From: Octopus vulgaris
Lineage: Eukaryota
Assembly (NCBI GenBank): GCA_951406725.2
Contig: OX597819.1
Span: forward strand, 54,126,001-54,190,000
Direction of reading: 5' to 3'
Length of the DNA: 64,000 nt
The notes under the pieces are model-generated. The model worked only from the letters and a program-made list of their open reading frames with translations, searched no databases and was not told where the DNA came from. A program made the translations under genes and the position numbers. Below, piece after piece: positions 53,921-64,000 of the stretch. Numbering within the stretch: the first letter of the stretch is position 1; every line of letters starts with the position of its first letter.

Positions 53921-56465
53921 TTAAATTTCTAAATGTTACAGATATGTCTGATGGCTTATCAAGTTCTGTAATTTGAATCAAAAATTTTCAGTGTTTTGCA
54001 TGAACTATGAGGTTATTGTTTTTGGATGAAAAAAAAACCTCTAGCATTTTACTATTTAAAATAATCCTTCACCATATCACACTTCAGCTATTGCAGTTTA
54101 TTATTTAAGCTTATGTCAATTCCTCCATGGTGTTGTTTTGCATTTCTGCGTGGCATCTTGGGTAAGTGTCTTCTGCTATAGCCCCGGGCCGACCAATGCC
54201 TTGTGAGTGGATTTGGTAGACGGAAACTGAAAGAAGCCTGTCGTATATATATGTGTGTCTGTATTTGTTCCCCTAGCATTGCTTGACAACTGATGCTGGT
54301 GTGTTTACATCCCCGTCACTTAGCGGTTCGGCAAAAGAGACTGATAGAATAAGTACTGGGCTTACAAAGAATAAGTCTCGGGGTCGATTTGCTCGACTAA
54401 AGGCAGTGCTCCAGCATGGCCACAGTCAAATGACTGAAACAAGTAAAAGAGTATATATAAATTATAAAATAATTTTAAAAAAATGTACAGTACTGTTTTA
54501 ACTATCGTGGGGCATTTTGGAACATAACACCTGTGATAGTCAAGGGATTACTGTATATGTTATTTGATGTTTGGAACCCCGTTTTTAATTTTAGAAGTAA
54601 TGGATTTGGTTATCTTGTAAAGTCTTAGACCATACATTTTGAGTCAAAAGTATATATGAAGTTGTGTTATGTAAATGTGTTTACAGAAATAATGGTAGTG
54701 TTTTCTGGCCTGATCTTTAAGATTAATTTGATACTAGAAGCAGAATAACAGCAGGAAAACTTGGAAATAACCATGAGTTATATCGTTGTAGTTGAAATTT
54801 GCTTCAAAAGTTTTGAATTTTGAGACCATTTGTGACATAGGAGATTGTCTTTATTTGAGCTAACAAATGGAATATCATTGAAAATAAGGAAGAATTGAAG
54901 CTATTAACATGTAATGTGGTTTATCATCATCATCAGTTAATGTCTATGTTTCATGCTGGTATAAGTTGAACAATTTGATAGGATCCAATGGGTCCAAGGA
55001 CTGCATCATGCTCCAGTGCCTGCTTTGGCATGGTTTCTATGGCAGATACCCTTCCTAGCACCATCCATTTTATAGCATGTACTGGGTGCTTTTTTTCATG
55101 CCACTAGCATTAGTGAAGTTGCCAGACAGCTCACAAAACTTACAAAACCTAAGGCAGGGGCAGTTTCTATGATAGATGAGGAGTTAAATAAAGTAGGAGA
55201 GATGAGGTAGGGGTGAGGCAGGCATGTTCTTGTTGTAGAGGAGCTACATGGCTACTCACATTTAGGAGAGAGAGAGAGAGAGAGAGAGAATGCTCAGTAG
55301 GAGCTGCAAAAGAGATGAATATTGATTGTGGTTTACTTTAATGGAATTCAACATTGCAGTGAATGGAATGCATTAAGAGATTGTTCTTACTGGGCTGTGT
55401 GGGCTGTGTTTTAAATAATTTAGAACATCACACAGATGATTAAAAGATGCATTATATAAAACCATTTTTCTATGTATGATGTATTATTATTAGTTTGTTA
55501 TTATTAAGGTAGCAAGCTGGCAAAATGTTCTGAGTTCAAGAAAGTCAACTTTGCCTTGGGGTGCGAGGTTGATAAAATAAGTGCCAGTTGTGCACTGGGG
55601 TCAATATAATCAACTTACCCCTCCCCCAAAATTGCTGGGTTTGTGCCATTATAATTATTATTGAAACAATATTGATAATTAAGTTTTTGTATTTGGTTTG
55701 CAAGATTCTTGATGTGAGTTTGTGTGTTGAAACATTTTTCGTTGTATCTCAGGAGGCTCATTATGCCTGTAAGTGACCTATGCACTGTTTCTATTATCAT
55801 TAGTCAGTTGGTTAAGTAGAGTAAAGAAGGCACGTCATTGATGAGGTCACAAATGGTGGTGAAGGGACTTTGACAAGCCTAGCTGATTGATTGGGTGACT
55901 GAACGCTTAATCAAACAATTGATTAGTTAAATGTTAAGTAGAACAAAAATACTGATTGTATTTTCTTTCCAATAAGACATGAGTAAATAGTATAAAAATA
56001 CTCTCTTATCTTATGTATCATTTCACTGGTTTATTATCACTTTACCATGCCAACATGAGTGAAGTGTATTTATTGTAAATTTAGATATTTACATAATTGG
56101 AATAATTCTTTTTATAGCTGGTTACTTTTGCTAATAAACATCTAACCTAAATGTGAAAGGCACAGAGCCCTGCAAAATGGGGTGGCTGTGGCAATGCCTT
56201 TGTAATTATTTCTGAACACACCATTCAGACTGGAGTGTACAACCTGTTTCTCTCTCTGCCCCATTTTTTTCTGCTTAATTCTTTCCTTTTTCTTTTTCTT
56301 CATAATCTAATCTTTTATACTTTTAGTTTTTTTTTCTTTCTTTTCTTTCCTCTAAAAATATGTTGCTAAATAAAAATTTTATTCTATGGGTGGAATCAAA
56401 TTTAAACTCAAAACTATATTGTTGACTTCAATGAGAATTTTATAAACATTCAAAAATCTGAATTC

Positions 56466-56641
56466 TTTTTTGGAATATCTCAAAGGACACACAGAAAGCC
56501 ATAAATAATAGAATGTAAATATTGGGTTGAAAAACTCTTTGATAGAAAAAAGGCTGCCACTGATTCTTTTTTTATCTAAAAGGGTTTTTTCAACCCAATA
56601 TTTACATGTTTTCTGTGTGTACTTAGAGATATTTCAAAAAA
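56466..56641. repeat. Inverted repeat (MITE-like)
   Basis: Perfect 22-bp core atgtaaatattgggttgaaaaa (56513) and its complement (56586-56607), plus weaker outer pairing. Confidence 0.7.
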
Positions 56642-59600
56642 TAAAAAAAGAATTAGTTCCAGTGGATGTGCTTCAATTATTGTATCTGTTTAGATAGTAG
56701 TTGTATATTTTTTAATGGACTTGGTCATTGGATTTCAATGAATCTGGGGAACCAACTTCAAAGGTTTCATTGATCACTTTGATACTTGTATATATTTCAG
56801 TCAGGTACTTATTTTATTAATCCTTGTTGAACTGCTAGGTGATAGCAATAAAAAGATACAACATAGATGCAAACTCAGATCGAGGTATAAGCGCAAACAC
56901 ACACTGAGGGTTTCTACTCAGTTTTCATCCACCAAATTCCCCTCAAGTTATTAGTCAGTTAGAAGCCACTCAAAGTACCATGCAGTAGGATAGAACCTGT
57001 TATTACATAATTACCAAGTGAACTACTTAGTCACATGGTTGTGCCTTTGTCTGTGTCATGATCATCATCATCATACATCTACTTTCCATGCTGGCATTAG
57101 TTGCAAGGTTCATCACAGTTTGAGCTAGCTGTTATTTGGAGTTTCTCCTCTTCCAGACTGATGAGGGGGTCATGTTTGTTTGTATGTTTAGTTTGGTTTG
57201 GCTTCTAAACTAGATGACATTCCTGTTACTAACCACTTTACAGATTGTATTAGGTGTATTTTATGTATTTATGTAATAAATTTGTAATTCTCTTTGTTGA
57301 AATGTTCACAATGTTAATCTTACATTTTCTTTTATTAATTTTTAAAAAAATGAAAGAGTTGATTGTAAAGTTACATATTCAGAAAATAATAAATGGTAGT
57401 TTATTTTTCTGTTTGTAGTGTTGTTGCATTTCATTGGCATAGTTGTTGTTATATCATAATGAAGTGGGTGCTAATGCAAGAAATTTTGTGTAATTAAAAT
57501 TACACTCATGGTTACCAAGAAATATCTTGATTAAGTTATTAATTCTGGTCAAGAATTATTTAACTTGTTTAAAATTATGTACAAACTGTATTGGTGAGTG
57601 AGACTGATTCTTAATCATGTGGTGGCAATTCTAGATATGTTTTAGTCGTATTAAACTTCATTGGTGAAACATAGTCTTAGCAATTATTGCAGCTCTCAGA
57701 ATGACTGGAAGAGATATATGTTCCCCCATGAATGATGAGGGATGCCTTCTGCATGAGAAACTAATAGTAAAGTGCTCACTAATATAATATAGTGAGCTAA
57801 GAAATTCTGATTAAGTGAAATTATATTCCTTATGATGGTAATGACAAAAAAAAAAAAAGAAAGAAAGAAAGCAAGAAGACCTGGTGCGACACAGATTTTC
57901 TGAAATTTAAATTAGTATTAACAATGAAGTGAGTGCCAATATGCAATATTAGTTGTTGGCTAATATTTTAATTGTTCCACCAAGTACAAGAAACAACTCT
58001 GGATATATCTCATCCTTGTAAGTAAAGCATAGATTTTATATTTTCTGAAACTATAATGAGAAAGTCAGTTAGTATATTATTGCATATGTTTTACGACTTT
58101 TCCTCTAAAGTATGTTAATTTTACTATGCCAATTGAGATACCACTTTGTGAATCTACTTCAAGATTCTGTCATCACTACTTTATATCCAGAGTTGTCTCC
58201 CGTAGTTGCAGAATAATGAAAAGTACATTCGTCATTGACATTAATACTACATAATTATTTCTCATTTGCATTAAATGTCATTGCTCACTTAGCTATTGTT
58301 TTTCATATGGATGTCATTTATTCTCTTTTATCAAACCTCCTAAAGAATTTGTGGAACAGTATAATTAGAATGACTAACAAATTGATTAGTAAATTAAAAA
58401 TATTAATTTCAGCCAAGTATTTTGTTTTATGTATGTTTTAGAAATAAGATATTGATATGATATAGGTGCTGGCATGACTGTAGGGTTAAGAATTTGCTTA
58501 GAAATCGTGTATCTGGCTTTGGTTCCACTGCACAGCGTCTTGGGCAAATGTCTTCTACTACAGCTCTTAGCCGATGAATACCTTGTGAGTGAATTTGGTA
58601 GACGAACTATCTGGAAGCATGCCATGTATGTATACGTGTGTGTGTAAACAAATGAAAGTAAATAGCATTTGGTTGGAGTAACATGTAACAGTTAAACTCA
58701 GATCCACATGTCATGGACTCTGCCTCCAACTATATGTGAGACTTTGTCATATTGAAACTGAGCCAAACGTGTGTGTGTATCTTCATCTCTCATTACTTAG
58801 TAGCTTGCTTAAGACCCATAATGTAGCAGTTGAGCTAAAAGACAAACAGTACTAGACTTCAAATAAGTATGGGGTCGATTTGATTGACTAAGTCCTATAA
58901 GACAATGTCCCATCATAGTTGCAGTCTAATGATTGAAACAAGCAAAAAAACTAAGAGCAGAGGAAGAGGCACTTCTTCCTTGGCTTTATTAAGGCATTAA
59001 TGTTTGCAGGAAAAATGTAGGCTGGCTGTGAATTACAGCAGTTTGCAACTCTGAGATAAGATCGAGTATTGAGTGATGTAAGAGATGAGTCATAATAGGA
59101 GTGTTGAGAAGGATTAGCTAACTGCTTCATTTGAATACATACCTGGTGGTTTGTTGATTCCACGATCATTTAAAGAGAAATTCACATTCTTCTAGAGTGA
59201 ACAATAAAAATACTAGTAACAGAGTAAATGTCTTGTAGTGGTTAGTTTTATCATTAATATTTCAAGTTTAAATTCTGCTTCATTGATTTTTCCCTTTCAT
59301 TCTTCTGGGTTAGAGACTGATTTAGTGAACTATAACCCTCGTGTACAACCTTATTTGAAAGAAATAAGCTATACAGTGCTCTTGCTTGGCCAGTGCAGTG
59401 ATAAAATACAAACATTGGCCCTTTGCCAGTAGCCATGTACCTGATCAACTTACTCTGCTGTTAGTTTTTGTTGCTGTGTACTTTTTCCATGATAAGCAAA
59501 GTAAAACTCAGCCCTATGTACTAACAAAAGCCTTATCAATTTGATAATGCTGGCACAGCTTACTTTTATATAAAATTAAGTGTTGTACTTAATTAAAAAT

Positions 59601-60210
59601 CTTGATCATTGTGAGTTAAGCATCTAGATATATAGTGATCTGATGACAAACTATGATCCAACCCCTTTACTGGTTATCTGGCATCTTATCAAAGTCTTGA
59701 TTATATGTAGCTAAACTCAAATATAGAAAAATCTACAGTAACATTTCTTACACAGGTCAGAAATTTGGGTTAGTCAATCAAAATTGACCTAAGACTTGGC
59801 TGGTTTTTTTATTTTATTGATTCTGGAAGAATGGTTGGCAATGTTAAACTCAATAGCATATAAACAGTTGTTTGAACTTCCATCTCTATCGCGATTCCTA
59901 ACAGCCTCACTGACAGTCAATGCATTCTTTTCTTCATGTATTTACATTCATATGCTTCATAGCAGTTCAGTCATCTCTCTTGCTTAACACTAACATTTAC
60001 ATCTAATGGATTATAATACCTTTGGTAAAAGCATACACTTCAAAACTAATTTTTCTAGTTTTAAATTATCAAGATAGCATTGATCTTGAAAAGACGGCCA
60101 GATTTTTTTTCTATTTGATGAATAAAAATTTTGCATTTGAAATTTTGAACTAGTTGTTATCTTGCTCTGTTTTTAACCTTTCATATTTTTTTCTAAAAAA
60201 AAAAATTTAA

Positions 60211-60870
<660 letters not shown>

Positions 60871-61564
60871 TAGCTATTTTTGTACATCCCCCTTTTATAA
60901 AGTATTTGTTATTGAGCATAAATTTCTCAGATTGTCTTAAACATGTAGTTGCTTCTCAACTGCATGGTACTTTGAGCTGGTGCATCTTAGTATTAGGTCG
61001 ACCAAAGCCTCGTGAGGTTTGGTAGAAACTGAAAGAAGTTTCTTATGAAGGCATTACCATCTTGCCTTCACATCGTAGTTAACAAGTGCTATCATCATGC
61101 AACCAGTGTCCTTCCTTCTCAATCTTTGTTGAAAACAGGAAGAGCATATGGCCATAAACCTGAATGAATTCTAACCTATGCAAATATGGATATTAAAATG
61201 ACATATGTGCCCTATTGTAATAGTTGAAAAGATTCCCAAGTTCTTGCTCTTTCTCAAAGTAAATATCTTCAGTGAATAATGTGCAATCTAAGCTAAAATT
61301 GCATTATTAAATTAGTTTGCACACCAGCAAAACATTACCCTACATTAAGTAGGAGTAAATATTTACAGCCCTTTTTGATATAAACAGTAAATTAGAACCC
61401 TTAGCCAAAATTTCATATTCCTAACACTAGATTTTCCTAAAAATTGAAAAGCAATGTCTCTTCCACTTGTAATAAAATGGTTAAATACTCAAGACACTTC
61501 AGCTCTACACATAACACTTAGGATCATCAGTCTTTGTAATCTTTCTCAAATGTATCTTTTACAG

Positions 61565-61874
61565 GGTTTTCTCACAGATCAAGTAGGTACTTGTTGGTAT
61601 CGTTCTCCAGAATTAATTATTTCACCAAATGATTATACTAAAGCTATTGATATTTGGAGTGCTGGATGTATATTTATGGAAATGTTGATTGGTCAACCTC
61701 TGTTACCTGGTTCTCATGATATGGAACAGATCAGTTTAATTCTTCAATTAGTGAACATTTCGGATAATGACTGGAACAGAGTAACTCAAGTCTTGCCAAA
61801 AAGTGTAATGAAACGGATTCCACGGGTACCTGAAAAAACACTCCGCGATACTTATCCAACAATAGACCCATCAG
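61565..61874 (+). CDS. MAPK6: ERK3/4-like MAPK coding exon 2 (activation loop to subdomain X)
   Basis: tttacag acceptor; reads GFLTDQVGTCWYRSPELIISPNDYTKAIDIWSAGCIFMEML; phase-1 donor gtaaat at 61875. Confidence 0.93.
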
Positions 61875-62293
61875 GTAAATATTCCTTCAAATGGTTGGAC
61901 AGTAATTGTGGAGAATTATATGCCATCCAAATATAGTTTAAGCAAGTCATAAATTCTCTTTCCAGAAATAATTTGCATAACACCTTCCAACATTCAGATT
62001 ACTGTCAAAATACAATGCATATCTAATCACACTTAGGAATTAATCCTGCACTATCAGTCAGCTTAAAAATTTTGATGCTGAGTGTTTAATTTTAGAATGA
62101 TGTGAGGTACATCTGAAAGGCCAGTTTTAACATAAGACATGTAGAATATTATGGCCAGTTTAAATTTATTCCAATTGTTTCTGTAAACAGGCCCTCAACA
62201 TAATGTGTAGAAGAATATCTATTTCTATCAAGTATTGGCAAGATATATATATACACACACCGAACTCTAAAAGTATCTTTACATTACTTGCAG

Positions 62294-62439
62294 CTTTGAA
62301 TTTGATTGAGAAAATGCTGACTGTCAACTCCAGTCAACGAATAAGTGCAGAGGATGCACTACAGCACCCCTATTTAAAGAGTTACTGCTGTCCCTCTGAT
62401 GAACCAATAGCAACACAACCCTTTTTTATTGAACATGAA
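62294..62439 (+). CDS. MAPK6: ERK3/4-like MAPK coding exon 3 (subdomain XI and FFIEHE motif)
   Basis: ttgcag acceptor in compatible phase; reads ALNLIEKMLTVNSSQRISAEDALQHPYL...DEPIATQPFFIEHE; donor gtaagt at 62440. Confidence 0.9.
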
Positions 62440-62515
62440 GTAAGTAAACCTATTACTTAAAAAAAAAAACCCAAAAGGTACTTCAATATATTAAATTATG
62501 CTACTCTACTTTCAG

Positions 62516-63340
62516 GTTGATGAACTGTCTCCTAAAGCACTGTGCCATTATATAACAGAACTGCAAGGAAAACAATTTTCAACTGGCTCAGAATACTTGC
62601 CAAAACATTTAAACATTTATTGTGAAGACAATAGCCTACAACCAATTCCATCCCACAGAGATACAGCCAAATCTCGGAAGTCTGAAGAACACAGAAGTAA
62701 AAAACCCGAAATGATCCATGAACACAAAAGAGAAAAAAACAAAGAGCAATGTAATATATCAAATATGCAACGATCACCCGATTCTGCTAATCACCCACTA
62801 TTAAAGAAGCCACAGAAACAACATCCAGCAAAATTAAATATTAAGAAACCAAATCAAAGCAAGTCATCTAATATAAATGATAGTTTTTATGAAATAAAAG
62901 TAAAAGATAGAGTGAATCTAGAACGCAAAAGTGAAACTCATACTGGAAGGCAGCAAACAGGAAGCAGACGAACAGCATCTTTTCTAAGCCCTAAAGAACA
63001 ACTGCTATCAGCAACTGAAGCAGACTCATTGAAATATGCTGCAGAAAAGAACCAATGTGAAAAAAAGCAAACTCGTCAAAAGTCAGGAGGAAGTTGCGAC
63101 TTTGACAGTCGTTACAGACTTCCAACTGAACATCTAACTAGACAGAACAAGCAAAGCCAGAGCCTTTGCAACCGTCCATTAAAATTGAATCCCCATATCC
63201 TAGCAAACAAATTTGAAAAGCTAATTATATGGGACAATGAAAACATTACAAATGATGCTGATCAGAACTATGGTCCATTACCAATAAAACAAAAAAACAG
63301 AAAAGACCAAGATAACAGTTCAGAAAGTGATGACTCTTAA
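62516..63340 (+). CDS. MAPK6: ERK3/4-like MAPK last coding exon (long hydrophilic C-terminal tail)
   Basis: Follows a 76-bp intron ending tttcag. Continues in frame as VDEL (ERK3 has IEDEVDD here) for 274 codons to TAA. Confidence 0.85.
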   Translation, partial: VDELSPKALCHYITELQGKQFSTGSEYLPKHLNIYCEDNSLQPIPSHRDTAKSRKSEEHRSKKPEMIHEHKREKNKEQCNISNMQRSPDSANHPLLKKPQKQHPAKLNIKKPNQSKSSNINDSFYEIKVKDRVNLERKSETHTGRQQTGSRRTASFLSPKEQLLSATEADSLKYAAEKNQCEKKQTRQKSGGSCDFDSRYRLPTEHLTRQNKQSQSLCNRPLKLNPHILANKFEKLIIWDNENITNDADQNYGPLPIKQKNRKDQDNSSESDDS

Positions 63341-63844
63341 CTCTTCAGAAAAATTTATATTGAACATAACAGTATTTTAGTGAACATTTCTATCAAATCA
63401 CTGAACCAGAATCTCTGGTACACTAAATAACATTGAACAATCAACATGTTTTCAATAAAACTGGTACAATTAAAACTGACTGCACCAACAGTGGTATACC
63501 AGAACTGATAAGCAAACCTGTATGGACATTTATTGAAATGTGCCTGAACATTACTGCTCCATGCATATCTCCCACAAAACAATGTATTTAAAAGGAAAGG
63601 TATTTTTATGTGTGCTCATTCCTTATAAATTAATGTAAATTTGATTTTCAGTCCTGGTATCACACTTAAGGTAAATATAACCATAAATAAATAATAAAAA
63701 AGTTGTTGAAGAAAGGTTTGTTTTTTTAATTTGTCACAAGCTAGTACATAAGCTTTTGGATTGGAACCACCCCCAAAAATATTCGCAGAGGTCAAAGAGC
63801 TTTGTTGTTAGTGCTTCATTACATGAGCTAAATCACTAATCAAG

Positions 63845-64000
63845 TTATAACTTGTCAAGGAATTTATCCAAAGGAGGAATGGTATCTGATAGTCCTTTGC
63901 GCTTCCTGATTTCAGCAATAACGGTTTCAGTTCTATTATCCGGAAGTTCTTGCCAATGATCAAACACGCATTGAGGGAAAGCCTGTCCCCCAGTGTTAGA
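63845..64000 (-). CDS. EEF2: Eukaryotic elongation factor 2, C-terminal coding end (partial; runs off the window)
   Basis: Manual translation of the minus strand gives [51 protein letters not shown], matching the eEF2 C-terminus ([17 protein letters not shown]...RKRKGL...FLDKL). Confidence 0.92.
   Translation of the reverse strand, partial: SNTGGQAFPQCVFDHWQELPDNRTETVIAEIRKRKGLSDTIPPLDKFLDKL

Noticed and set aside
57910-58250. Patchy inverted similarity (acaactctggatata / tatatccagagttgt)
   Set aside because: Too degenerate to define boundaries; probably an old MITE.

Overview
AT-rich, microsatellite-dense animal DNA. The SINE, LINE and mariner repertoire strongly suggests a cephalopod (Octopus-like). 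About 60 kb is repeat-dominated: several tRNA-derived SINE families, 5'-truncated RTE, CR1 and R4/Dong LINEs, a Penelope-like RT remnant, Tc1, mariner and maT transposase remnants, hAT, pogo and piggyBac MITEs, a solo LTR, and several long palindromes. Two host genes lie at the right end. The first is a four-coding-exon atypical MAP kinase of the ERK3/ERK4 (MAPK6/MAPK4) type on + (60259-63340, 619 aa), with an unusual T-D-Q activation loop and SPE motif. The second, absent from the ORF track, is the C-terminal coding end of eEF2 on - (63845-64000); it is convergent with the kinase and carries a 6-aa deletion. The most striking non-coding signal is at least six unrelated hammerhead-ribozyme-like motifs (about 10.2, 16.4, 18.6, 19.4, 26.8 and 47.4 kb), mostly in palindromic or microsatellite-flanked elements. 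One has a compensatory G3-C8 core swap. All calls were made by eye; no searches or folding computations were run.
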